Assembly: GCA_964016885.1 (NCBI GenBank)
Contig: OZ024742.1
Location: 84,754,001-84,818,000 of the forward strand
Direction: 5' to 3'
DNA: 64,000 nt
Source of the DNA: Eledone cirrhosa
Lineage: Eukaryota
Shown here: piece by piece, positions 51,806 through 64,000 of the stretch
Numbering within the stretch: the first letter of the stretch is position 1
Layout of the letters: every line of letters begins with the position of its first letter
Program-made: the position numbers and the translations under genes
Notes under the pieces: generated by a model
What the model was told of the DNA's origin: nothing
The model's input: the letters and a program-made list of their open reading frames with translations, nothing else
Database searches by the model: none

Positions 51806-53085
51806 TCATGTTCTATAAATAATAATAATATGCATATGGACTTCGAATGATGTATTAGATCTTCAACTTGAACAACTGGAATATCGTTTCAAAAAACATA
51901 ATAAGGGAGGACTTATTCCAGAATGTGGATATTTCGATGTATTCAAATCCCGTATTTTTAGTTTCTATTGCCTATTTATTTATTCTCTTTCTGTATGAAA
52001 TATATAAGTAGGTGATTTTCATAGAAATATGTGTAATGTTTGTTCAGATAATATATAAAAATAATGACACATTTAAAAACAACTGCGTTGTATGTTCTAT
52101 TTTTTATTGCTTTAGTGTAGTGGCCAAGCTTTAGCCAAAATACCTGTTAAGAGCGTAATGTGTGCACATAAATATTATATCCGTAGCTGTACTAATAAAA
52201 TGTATGGAACAAGTTAAAATTTAGAAACTGAAAATGTTATATTAGTTTTGAACATAGAAACGAATTAAAGCTTACATTGATAGACATATAATTAATGGAA
52301 TCTTGCAGATATATTATGAGAATGTTCAATAGTAATAACCGTTCATTTATCCCCAAAACATGCCTAGATATGAACGTTTGACTTTATATCTCTGCAGCAT
52401 ATGGTAATTAGAATTACAAATCAAACTTTTTTCGATTATACTTCGAATAGTAATATCCCCGCGGGAGATGAGGTTCATTATATCCTCCCTCAAGTGCGTT
52501 GCAAGAGAAATAAATGTAATAAAAATGAAAACACACGAGTTTATATCGTTTACCTGAACTTTCATAACAACGTGGCACTTTTTATCGCTGTAATCTCTCA
52601 TCTTTGTTTCATTTTATACGAAACTCTAATAGATAATAGTAAATAATGGATGAGTTTCCTCTAATTAAAGCAGACTGGAACTATTTTCTCTGCAATTAAT
52701 CAATTGATAACTTGCGTTTGCAGCGTTCAGCCAAGAACATAAAGATAAATAGATTAATAAAATGAGAGCCAGTCAATGTAAGCATATATTAAATCACATG
52801 GTGGACGAATTAAGCAACAATATGATAAGTTGATGTACCACTAGGCTGCAGACAGTGTCCAAGTGAGTAAATGGTGTGTGTGCGCGTGTATGTGTGTAAA
52901 TATGTGATATTTAATTGCATAATAACTGTTTCAGTGGCTTATATTTCAAACAGATCTGTAAACATTCTTCCACTGAACACTCACTAGATGCTGAACCAGT
53001 TTCATATCACTAATATAAGTACTTTATGGCAAGCAATAAATTCCTTCAGAAGTTGAGAATTTATGCACACATACACTCACCGCCC

Positions 53086-53193
<108 letters not shown>

Positions 53194-54811
53194 ATATATA
53201 TATGTATGTGTATGTGTGTGTGCATATGTATGTTTATGGATGAAGCCACGTACGCATACGCATATGCAAAACACTAAATCTCACATACACTTTACTGCTT
53301 AAAAAGATTAAAAGAGCATATAATGTATGAAAATGAGTTCATATTCATTGACGTACATGCACTGAAGTTATTTTATCTTTTCAGAAATTTAAACATAGTC
53401 AAACAAATTTTGTATAAGGCTGCGGTGCTTCCTAGTATATTGTTAAATATAATTGCTGTTCATTTAGTCCATATATGCTATAATAAGCTCAGACCCTATA
53501 GAGAATGACTGGTCGTAGATAAGGATTGTTGTAGTATCAAAGCCATGTGGATAGATGAATGAAGGAATTTGCTGTTGTTACGTTCAACTTTAATTAATCT
53601 GTAACTTTGAATCTAAAGTTTAGATTCGGCGTTTTGATTCAAATTTTATGGGTTGTGTCGTTGGATTGCGTATGGGTTTCTGAAGTTTTCCAAGGGCGCC
53701 TAACATCGTTTACCATTACAAAAAGAGCTTGATATCCCTTTAAGTGTAACCACAAATGGCGTCATGATCGGGAACGTTTCTTTTTGGTAAATCATACATT
53801 CCATTAATATTGTATATTGGCCAAGTTAAATTGTTGAATGCCATTGAAATATATGCTAGTCCCCAGACAATGCCGTAACTAAAGATATGCGAAAAAAGTG
53901 TGAAATGTATATTTACCTTCATCTGAATGACTTTCAATGGCGTGGTCCTTGAAAAAGTTCTTGATATGACCGATATAATTTCAGCTAGAGGACTCTCAGC
54001 ATAACAATGAGCTGGTCAATCTATTACCTTACGGTCGATTATTTTTCTTCCGAATATATCTTACCTTGTCAAAGTCTACAGTTGCAAATATATGTCCAGT
54101 TCTTACCATACTAAACAATTTGTAACATTTATATTTTCCTTCATGATTCTTATATACATGTATTCTCTCCAATCCATATGCATCATATCTGCATCCCAAT
54201 ATTAAACAGGTAATTATGAAAAAAAATCCTCTTGTCTACGAAACTCTAAGCTATGTGGCATATTGAAAGAGGGAGTGCGTAATAAAGTTTTTATATTGGA
54301 AAGCCTTCTAAATCTAATGTGGTTTGCATTATGCGCACCTAGAGTGCATTCGATTAAGGATAGCAAGAGTAAGCAGCGTTCTATTTCTTAATTAGGTTAA
54401 GTATTCTATCCAAATTGAAATGCGAAGTATATACTCGAAACCATCAATTTCAATGTTAATAACATTATAAGCAAATTAAATATGAAGCCTCAGTATCATC
54501 ACCATCAAGCTGTTCCCCCTCACTGCAAATATGCCATCCCACAGTTTTCCCAGTGCGTCATTTTGAAATTTTATTCTATAAATAATTTTCACTCCAAGAA
54601 AGACTTTTACATCGGGAAGGAATTCATCACAACCTGCAACCGGAAATCTCACGATGATATTGAAATGGTAGGATGTAATGTTATACCACGAGAAATACTA
54701 TTGGGTAAACAAATTTGCGTGGCTATGTAAAAATCCAAGCAATTATTATGGGTTAGTATAACTGAGAGAATCAATATGTATATGAATATATATATATATA
54801 TATATATATAT

Positions 54812-54866
54812 AATTCACAGGAATCAAATCTATGTTCAAACCATTTATTCGCTTTCAATTGTTTCA

Positions 54867-54868
<2 letters not shown>
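54812..54868 (-). repeat. fragment homologous to the arm end of the 48923-49218 palindrome, between (TA)n tracts
   Basis: GAATCAAATCTATGTTCAAACCATTTATTCGCTTTCAATTGTTTC versus GAATCAAAGTTCTGTTCAAACCATTTATTAGCTTACAATTGTTTTC. Confidence 0.7.
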
Positions 54869-54922
<54 letters not shown>

Positions 54923-55501
54923 CTTCGTCTTCACCGCCAAAGTAACATGAAGTGATACATCTGAGTTAACCGGATCAATGTGTATTGATAAACGCTAAGT
55001 AACCCTCGTCTCAGAATAGCAACAATTAATTTTACTTTGAAAGTCCTTTGGCAGAATTTATAAATAACGCTTAGGAATCTGACAAATACCTTGGGAAAAT
55101 GCATTCATAAGGACCGTCAATATTTTCTGCCACATGAGGCTATATATGTTGTTGAATCCACAAAGCGTACTGACAGCAAGTGTTTAAGTAATTGGATCAG
55201 ATGGGGCTATATCAAAAGATATTATACATTTTGTATTCGTTTTGCATTTGATGTGTATATATTATTAGATTGTCGATGATACTCAGCTTGTAAGGATTCT
55301 GAAAAGCGTATGGCATCTGGTTACGTGCATTGATTTTATATTTTCGAAAGAGCTGGTACTTTAAACATAGGTATGATAACTTTTAATACTTAAAGTCTCG
55401 ATGCTGTGATATTCTATTTTGTTTGTGGGGCAGCTGACGAATATATTTCCGTTCTACCGAAAGGGCTGTAACCAAACCGTTCAACAGATTGGCAGAGCTA
55501 T

Positions 55502-55544
55502 ACAGACCTGATGAAGGGTAATGACCCAGAAAAATATTGTTTGT
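55502..55544 (+). ncRNA. degenerate minimal hammerhead motif
   Basis: ACAGAC-CUGAUGA-A-GGGU-AAUG-ACCC-A-GAAA-AAUAUU-GUUUGU; downstream 55625-55666 is the reverse complement of 46887-46926. Confidence 0.55.
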
Positions 55545-55667
55545 TCTTCAATGTCAATGTTGAACAAACCGATGACATTTCGTCATAGGCACAGGTTTAA
55601 TCGAGCTATTTGTTTACAAAAGAACCGAACATTATTGTCAATGTTCGATATAACCAATACGTACATT

Positions 55668-55850
55668 GGCGGTGGATTGGCAGTATCGGCATTAAGTTCA
55701 AATCGCGCCAAGGTTAACTTTGCCTTTGACCCTCACGGGGTCGATAAAGGAAAGTACCGGTCATGCACTGGCGTCGATTTAATTGACTTTTCCGTCCCCC
55801 CAAAAATTGCTGGCCTTGTGCCAGTAAACCAAATTATAAGAAACCGTTAT
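55668..55850 (+). mobile_element. tRNA-derived SINE
   Basis: GGCGGTGGATTGGCAGTATCGG...GTTCAAATC...GGGGTCGATAAA. Confidence 0.85.
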
Positions 55851-55982
55851 TAACGTAAATAAAAAGGAAATAATTGAATTTTAGTTAGTGTAATTTGTGT
55901 CCTGGTGACAAAGTTCGATGAATATATTGATAGAAAGTACTGGACGATACATGAGGAAATAACTTAAACGTTATGCTTTCTA

Positions 55983-56180
55983 CGAAGGTCGGTTGAAAAG
56001 TTCATAGGCTGACAGCGATACTTTCAAGGAATGACCAAATGAGATTTATTTTTCTACATAGTTACAGGAAAAGCACACTGCAGTTATTACTAAAAAGTGC
56101 TGAAATTAATGCATGCATGCTTTCATAACTCTAACATCATTCATTCGTAGCCAGCTTATGAAATTTTACGGCGGCCCTCT
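55983..56180. mobile_element. Tc1/mariner-type MITE with TA target duplication
   Basis: Left TA|CGAAGGTCGGTTGAAAAGTTCATAGGCTG; right end reverse-complements to TA|AGAGGGCCGCCGTAAAATTTCATAAGCTG; mariner-like TIR start. Confidence 0.65.
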
Positions 56181-57514
56181 TACATTATAGATAACCAGAT
56201 AACTTTTAGCTTGGAATACGTGATTGTTTCACCATGGTAGACGAGTTACAATGTCAACGGATACAATATATTACTTCATCCAACTACACGTTGATAGTAG
56301 ATATCATAGTTTCCGTGAAAGTAGAATACAATGCTCTTGGAAGCTATGATAAGGCCACTTATGATTCTCTTTCACTCCGTTATGGCCCACATTCTTCCAG
56401 ACGTGGACGCAAATAACCATAAACACATGTAAAACATACATACTTACATATATGTCTAAACACAGACATAGGTATATGAATATATATATATATATATATA
56501 TTATTTATAGTTATGTATACACTATATATAACTATAAACATGAAAGGTCAGTAATTGATTACAACCTTATTATCAGTAAGAAAAATAGCTCAATGTAAAT
56601 ACATGAGATGTTTTACAGAGCCGGAATATAAGTTACACAATAATCAAAGCTATTTTCAAATCATTTTATTGCTGACAATCGTTTCTTCCAAACTATCGTT
56701 TGATTTCATCGGAGCATTAGCAATGTTTCTACATATAATTAACTTCCCATTCAACTGAACAATCATATAGATATTAATCACATGGATATTAATGTTTTCA
56801 ACAACAGTTTCGTATTTACAGAGTGGAATGGATGCGACATAGATTTCAAGAGAATTGTACTATAATTAAAATTAAAAATTAAAAGTTAAAAGTCGCAGAG
56901 TGGAATGCATGCGACAGAGATTAGTATAACAATTAAAGACATTAAGGTAGAAACTTACTCTTGAAATTAGGAAACTAGCAGTACATATGCAAGCGTATAG
57001 AGAGTGCAAATGCAATAGGCATATTCAGGAAGGAAACAAGCAATGGTACTAATCATATATAATTTCTGCGAGGTAAAGGTATCACATAAAACAACATATG
57101 TTTACAAGCAGGCAAAGCTGTTTTTGTATTAAAATTATTAGTTTATGGTGGATGTAGTGTGATAATTGTTTCTGTAATGTTCAAATGTGTATGTGCCGAG
57201 AGCATCAATGTTATTGCTATACTTTCCATTACGTTGGCTATGTTTTATTTTAGTGAATGTTTTTAATCAGTCACAGCCATGGATTGTATACGGGTCCTAA
57301 TATATTGTTATCCGGGGTTCGAGTTTTTGTTGAGTGGTTCGTCTAACGGTTTAATTTCCGGAAGAGTGTTTGATCTATATTAAGAGGAGATAATACGCGA
57401 AAGGGGAAGCAACTAGCGATTACATTATAACAGAATTTAGAAAAATGTAAAAATGTTTACAGCTCCAATTAGTTAAAATGTATAACTTATATATATATTA
57501 TAACTTATATATAT

Positions 57515-57568
<54 letters not shown>

Positions 57569-57589
57569 ACACACATACACACACACACA

Positions 57590-57639
<50 letters not shown>

Positions 57640-57649
57640 CATGTATATA

Positions 57650-57768
<119 letters not shown>

Positions 57769-57882
57769 AGCACGGTTGCTTGGATGCTTCCATAGGCGGT
57801 ATGAGCACTATATGCTCCTTTCGGAGCAGAATATGATAATATGGAAAACGAAGATCAGTGATGGATAGGAACACAATTTATT

Positions 57883-57975
57883 ACGTATTACAATTGTTTC
57901 TCCGGCAAAAAGCTCGAGGTGCGATCTGTTTGTGGATCGAACCTGACTCTGGATTACCAAGTTCCTCAGATACGT
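57883..57975 (-). ncRNA. type I hammerhead ribozyme motif, intact core
   Basis: Minus strand ACGUAU-CUGAGGA-A-CUUGGUAA...UUGCCGG-A-GAAA-CAAUUG-UA-AUACGU-AAUAAA; perfect 6-bp stem I, palindromic stem III. Confidence 0.85.
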
Positions 57976-58298
57976 CTAGTGATTTCGAAGCCAATCCTCT
58001 TTCTGCTGGACTCCGACCCTTCGAATTTCTATCATCTGCTATCATCTTGTTTGCGCGGTACTCCGAATGGTTGATAGTTCGTGACGTCATCTTTGTGTAT
58101 GACCATTCAAATCTGCCCACTGCCCATTTCCATTCAGGCGTTAGCTGACACTCGCCCTAATCCCGTCGCCTGAAATTACTGTTAAGTGTAGGCGAGGTTT
58201 TATGAACTCTCTTGCAACTCCCTACGCATATACACCCACACGCACGTGTGGTCACACATATACAAACATTTCGAGTTGTTAATCGCACAGTTATATGT

Positions 58299-58329
<31 letters not shown>

Positions 58330-58828
58330 TGTACATACATATATTCACCAATCATATATAGATACATTCATACACATACATACGCACACGCGTACACATA
58401 AGGGACCCACCTATATACATATATTTATTCTTACACAGTCACATATATATATATATATACACACACACACATATATTTACATATATATATATACATGCAC
58501 ACACATATGCGCATCCATACATTCACACACGTACATATACACGCGCGTACATATGCAGTCAGTCAGGCCTACTCATGCACACACGCACACACACATACGC
58601 ACACATATATATGTGTGTATGCACACGCACACACACATATACACACGTGTGTACATACACATACACACACGCATATATATATGTAAACACACACACACAC
58701 ACATATATATATACGCTCTCACACACATCCACCCACCCACACACACGTACACATGAAAATAAACTGTACACAGTGAAAGTGCATAGAAACATACATATGA
58801 TGCTGTACATCGGGTAGTGCTTAAATAA

Positions 58829-59251
58829 ATAATTGTTTCTACGTTTGGCACAAGGCCAGCAATTACACAGTACATTACTGGTACTTTATTTTATCGGTCC
58901 CGTAAGCATGAAAGGCAAAGTCAACCTCGGCGGGATTCGAACTCAGAATGGCAAGGGCAGTAACTCTTATCAAAGCATGGCGTCCGACCCTCTACCGATA
59001 CTGCCAATCCACTACGTGAAGAAATACTTAAAAAATACAAAACAAAAACGTATAATAAAACGTACATGTGGGTAATACGTCAAGTAATTGTTTCTACTTT
59101 AGGCACAAGGCCAGCAATTACCTAGTACATTACTGGTACTTTATTTTATCGACCCCGTAAAGATGAAAGGCAAATTTAACCTCGACGGGATTTGAACTCA
59201 GACCGTAAAGGGACGTAACTAGACGTCCGACTCTCTACCGATACTGCCAAT
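58829..59251 (-). mobile_element. two tandem tRNA-derived SINE copies (58829-59013, 59084-59251)
   Basis: Reverse complement of the SINE consensus, twice. Confidence 0.88.
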
Positions 59252-59484
59252 GCTCGCAGCATCTCACATAGCGGTATACACTTCGATGCACATGTTGACT
59301 GCGTTGGCATTATAGTGCTAACGTGAAATAATCGACAGAAACCTTATAAACCCTATTATATATATATATGTATATGTATATATATGGGATCGTCTGTTCC
59401 CGATACAGGCTGTTCCCGATACAGTCCTCTATTTTCTATTTTTTGTTTTTGTTCGACGTAAACCTGTTGTCTGATTCTGCAATT

Positions 59485-59546
59485 AACACCTGATGAGTTC
59501 GTTTAAGTCTTACAACATTATGATCGGACGAAATATGTATAGTATT
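59485..59546 (+). ncRNA. type I hammerhead ribozyme motif
   Basis: AACAC-CUGAUGA-GUUCG...CGGAC-GAAA-UAUGUA-UA-GUAUU; stem I has one mismatch. Confidence 0.6.
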
Positions 59547-60727
59547 TTCGCGGAATATAAATTCTAAAGTAAATTTCCCATCCGGCCTTCTGTTGTTGTT
59601 TTAATGTTGTGTTATATAATTCGATGGTGGAACATCAATTCCATTCATGGTAGAATTGGAAATATATCATAGGCTGCGTTATCCTAAGCCAATTCGATCT
59701 CAAAAGCAGCGGAGTAATATGTTGATAGACAGGTATATTGAAGAGGTGAAAGATATATGTGACCATGTATCTAAAGTAATGATGTAAAAGAAAAATCAGT
59801 ATAAATTGGAATTGGAAAATTCAAATTGTCAATTTATGTAATGATAAGTCTGTAGATGTAGTTAATTTGAAATATTCTTTTTTATTGATTCGATGTTCAT
59901 GAAAGTTGTATATACTTTTGCTTTTGCAATATATTAAATATTAACATTGTTAATGTGTGTTTATATATGATATAGGTAATATTTCATGAGCTAATATAAT
60001 TTGGATCATTACTACCCCAGCCTATACGTAATGAACTCATAAGAAAATATGAACACTAATAATTGGCAAAACAGATTATATGCGAATACTACAATGTCTT
60101 TTATTAAGCTGTATGCTACATACACATAAGTATGAAATAGACCACATATCAACAAATATATCACTCTATGGCACAATTTGTGTGTTTTTATCAGTGTGCA
60201 TATATGTATGTGTGTGTATGCGTGTGTACTGCAGTGTTTATCGGAGCATTTATAAAATTAGCAATGTGTACTCCTTTTAAAAGAAATATTACTGATTCAT
60301 GTGTAATATAAAACATATCACACGTAAGATGCGAAAAAACATAGATTACCTCAGTGGCAACAACACCAATTCTCCATAAATATAGAAGTTATTTACCCCA
60401 TTGCATACACCGTATTTTCAAATAACTATTACTATTGACAATTTGTTGATTTCTAATTGCTAAATTCCGCCAAGCCAAATCCTGACTACAAATCTGATAA
60501 TGTTTATTGTGAGACCTCCTCCCCCCTCTCTCTCTCTCCTTCCCTCCATTCCCCCATATCTCTCTTAAACACACAAAGTGAATTCACTCATGGGGTTACC
60601 TTTCTGCACCTTCACTAAAAGGTTGAACAGGACTACTTCCCTAGCAACATATATATGGTAACTTATATATATGTATATATATATATATGTATATATACAT
60701 ATATATATGTATGTATATATATATATG

Positions 60728-60796
<69 letters not shown>

Positions 60797-60802
<6 letters not shown>

Positions 60803-61177
60803 TAATAAAAACAATTTATAAAAACAAAGAACAAGTTGGTTATATTAAAAACTTCATCATTTTACGATCGTTTCTAGGATATATATGTGTGTTGGTATGT
60901 ATATCATATAGATCTATGTAAAAATATTACAAACTATCAGGAAATATACATACCTTCACATATATATGCTCTCTTCAGAAATGATGATCATTTCTGAAGA
61001 CAGCATATATATGTGAAGGTATGTATATTTTCTCTGATAGTTTGTAATATTTTTACATAGATCTATATGATATACATACCAACACACATATATATCCTAG
61101 AAACGATCGTAAAATGATGAATTCTTTAATATAAGGAACTTGTTCTTTGTTTTTATACATTGTTTTTATTAATTTAT
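60797..61177. repeat. near-perfect palindrome of about 381 bp made of two head-to-head hammerhead-bearing arms, next to (TA)n
   Basis: Centre near 60986; plus-strand hammerhead 60987-61118, minus-strand hammerhead 60854-60987. Confidence 0.93.
60987..61118 (+). ncRNA. type I hammerhead ribozyme motif with a stem II insert of about 100 nt (mirror copy on the minus strand, 60854-60987)
   Basis: AUCAUUU-CUGAAGA-CAGCAUAUAUAUGUG...CACAUAUAUAUCCUA-GAAA-CGAUCG-UA-AAAUGAU. Confidence 0.82.
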
Positions 61178-61295
61178 CTTGACTCTGTTTTCCTTTGATT
61201 TTCATCGAAAATGTTTGAATCCATCTTCTCTTTTCATGATATTTGGATTACATTGAGTTCTTCATACGGATTGGACACTACCGAATATTTTGGTA

Positions 61296-61406
<111 letters not shown>

Positions 61407-62859
61407 ATATCCATATATATATATATATATATCCATATATATGTATGTATGTATATATACATACCTGCACTCTTTAAACGTAGCTTGTTTGTAAAAGATC
61501 TACCTTTATACAACCATAACTTTACCTTTTGGGCAACAGATTCCCAATACAATATCTAATTCTTCCTCGCATCTTATTAATTGAAGTCTTCATTTTGCTT
61601 TATAAACTGATTAAATGTTAACAAAACCATGTTGTATATAGCGCCGTTGGTATCGATTTGCTACATACAAATTGTTCATAATTGATAAGGGCTTCAATGT
61701 AAAAGTGTACAAACGTGAGAGGTATTCCCGAAGTTAACACTTTCAAGAAGATAGGGATATTATCTCATAAAACCTCAGAGTAAACCGGTATCTAAATGGA
61801 CTATAATTATCCATTCATGACATCAATGTCTACTTTAGGGGTAATTCTATGTGCTGCAATCTGATGAATTATCCTGTATCGTCAAAAAGCACAAAAAAAA
61901 AAGAAAATATCTTAATTTCGCGATTTGCATATGAAAAATATATTCCAATATTATATTTGAATCCATCATGAATATATCCTTTGAATTTTTATTTACAGTT
62001 TTTGTACATTTTTTTTTTCGTGTTCTGCAAGCTATAGAAATTCAGCAGGGACAACTCCAAAATGAATTATATTACTGACTTATGGAAGGCTTAACATATC
62101 AAACACACAAAAAATGCTATTTGTTAGAAAATCACAGCGAGTCGTGTGTGAGTTCATTGGTCGATTAAGCTCATATTCAGTGTATCTAATATGAGGTTAA
62201 TTGTCCGATAAAATCCTATTACTCTAGTAGTAATTCATCTCAAATTCGTAAATATAAATCTTTATAATATTGTATTGAATTTATCTTCGTAGTCGTCATG
62301 ATGATTATGATGGTGCTGATGATTTTCCAATCCATCATCATCTTCAGCATCTGAAATAAATCACTAAAACCAACCTATTATTGTCATCGTCACCTCTCCT
62401 CATCAGCAACACAAACATGACTAGTAATATTCATTGCCTAGGATTCGCTGGTCTTTTCAATTATTCTCTCTATTAAATGTCCATCGGTCTAAGACGTGTA
62501 TTCCGAACAAATGAAACCAATCTGGGGATTCTTTCAATACCAGAAATTATCTGATTATACACAACTGCTTATATATATATACATACATATATATAAGAAG
62601 TCGTGTATAATGAGATTATATATATATATATATACATTAATGAAATAAGAAAATTGCTCCTGACATAATATTGTATATTCAAAATTCTCAGACGAATAAA
62701 TTGCAAGTAAGATCTTGATTATGTTCCTATTTGTTAAGTTATTTGTCATGTTCCTATTTGTTAAGTTACAAAATATTTCCGCGAATAAAAATCCGTTGAT
62801 ATAATCTAAGCTGCAGTGACGAATGGATCATCAACTGATTATAATAATTATAAATATTT

Positions 62860-63865
62860 CATTTATTGTTAACAGGGGCCGACATATAGGGGACAATACA
62901 ATAGACAGGGACAGAAGGGGTTGATGCAAACATCGAGAAAAAATATAAAAACAAGACAATTACAAACAACAGTGTTTCCCAAATAGGGTGGATAACAATG
63001 CAGAGTCGATTTAGGTAACCAACGCTTCGACGGCACTCGGGAAGGGTACTTCTCTCTCCCTCAAATTAACCAGGCTGTAAGTGCATGGGCAGTGTAGGCC
63101 CACTCACATGGGCCATTCTCGCCACTTTCATCCACTTTTTAGCAAAGGTATTGAGGTGCAGCACTTCGCTCTCCACCCTCCACGACCTTTCCATATGAAA
63201 CTTGAAAAAGTTGATGAGGGTTTGGACGAAGAGAAAATTGTATGTCTTCAGTCCTTTCAACATGGTCCACAATAAAATCTCTTTCACTACTGCCACCAGA
63301 CAGAGGAAAATTGCCTGCCCTTCCTGGCCAAAAGAAGGTGGGTCGAACTTCACCTTGGACTCGGCCGATAGCCGGATCCGTTCTACACGCGACAACAGTT
63401 GTTCGACATAACTCACAAGTCAATAATGCACGGACACTGGACGAGTGCAAGCAGAACGGTTTCGTCGCTCTGCGCACATCTCGGGCAGGTGCGTCTGACA
63501 GCACTTCTGTACCAGTAGAGTTTATCTTGAACGGTCAGTGCCCCGGGATGCTGGAAGTCATTCATCGTCTCCAACTCTAAAGTTCCCCGTAACAGACTGG
63601 TTAGTTCGACTTCGTCGACGCTCAGAGCCTCTCCGAATGCGTCGGGGCATTTTCACACCACTAATCCTCTATAGAACGCGAGGTCGGAAGTTTCACTGAC
63701 CACATTGCCCGCCTGGTAGAGGCCAGTAAGTGCCTGACTGGGTCTCTTCTTGACCTAGAACTGTAGCTCAGTCAAAGAGACGAGATGAGGAAAGGCCCGT
63801 CTGACAAATGGCTACCACACTTGTTCACTGTTTAGACAAAATATCTGGGGATGCCGCAGCCTCGC
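62860..63865 (-). mobile_element. L1/Tx1-clade LINE 3' fragment (related, more diverged family)
   Basis: YVEQLLSRVERIRLSAES...IFLCLVAVVKEILLWT...LINFFKFH is homologous to ORF 22558-23316; CPRCAE.DET region. Confidence 0.85.
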
Positions 63866-64000
63866 CCATATTCACGCCACCTTAATCTCAGAATTTTATT
63901 TGATCATTTCTAAACTTCCCAGCGCTTATTAATGAAAGAAATAATACCAATCGTCATCATACTGTACATACCGTTTTCTCGTCCAAATCTGCTGGATTCA

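Noticed and set aside
53900-54115. Possible small host exons on the minus strand (AG...GT-bounded MVRTGHIFATVDFDK)
   Set aside because: No recognisable homology, stops in the surrounding frame and no supporting neighbouring exons; it could be a decayed transposase. Needs RNA-seq.
56819-56922. 27-bp imperfect direct repeat CAGAGTGGAATG.ATGCGACA.AGATT
   Set aside because: Isolated local duplication with no further structure.
57355-57420. Hammerhead-like CGGAAGA-GUGU...ACGC-GAAA; similar weak hits near 43213, 55434 and 38735
   Set aside because: Core substitutions and no convincing stems I and III; could be chance.
62300-62410. CTGATGA and CTGAAGA words
   Set aside because: They lie within (GAT)/(CAT) low-complexity sequence with no matching GAAA or stems.

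Overview
AT-rich, microsatellite-dense animal genomic DNA; the SINE and repeat content suggests a cephalopod (Octopus-like), which is inference. No host protein-coding gene could be supported. Positions 1-28.5 kb are a pile-up of non-LTR retrotransposons: two inverted copies of an L1/Tx1-clade LINE and five R4/Dong-like RT-RLE copies, four of them bounded by (TAT)n tracts. A decayed Helitron Rep/helicase spans 31.2-35.2 kb, and Penelope-like (GIY-YIG) remnants lie at about 24.5-25.8, 35.2 and 49.5 kb. There are also about eleven copies of a tRNA-derived SINE, a mariner-type MITE and a third Tx1 3' fragment at the window end. The main unexplained signal is in the apparently empty (TA)n-rich stretches. 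About a dozen type I hammerhead ribozyme motifs (CUGANGA...GAAA, palindromic stem III, often a greatly enlarged stem II, often followed by AATAAA) sit in short ORF-less elements. These elements have fold-back (inverted) ends, some have terminal redundancy (periods 539 and 649 bp), and some form near-perfect 146-381 bp palindromes. They look like a diverse group of non-autonomous Penelope-derived or retrozyme-like RNA elements that insert into (TA)n. All motifs were read by eye and none were computationally verified.
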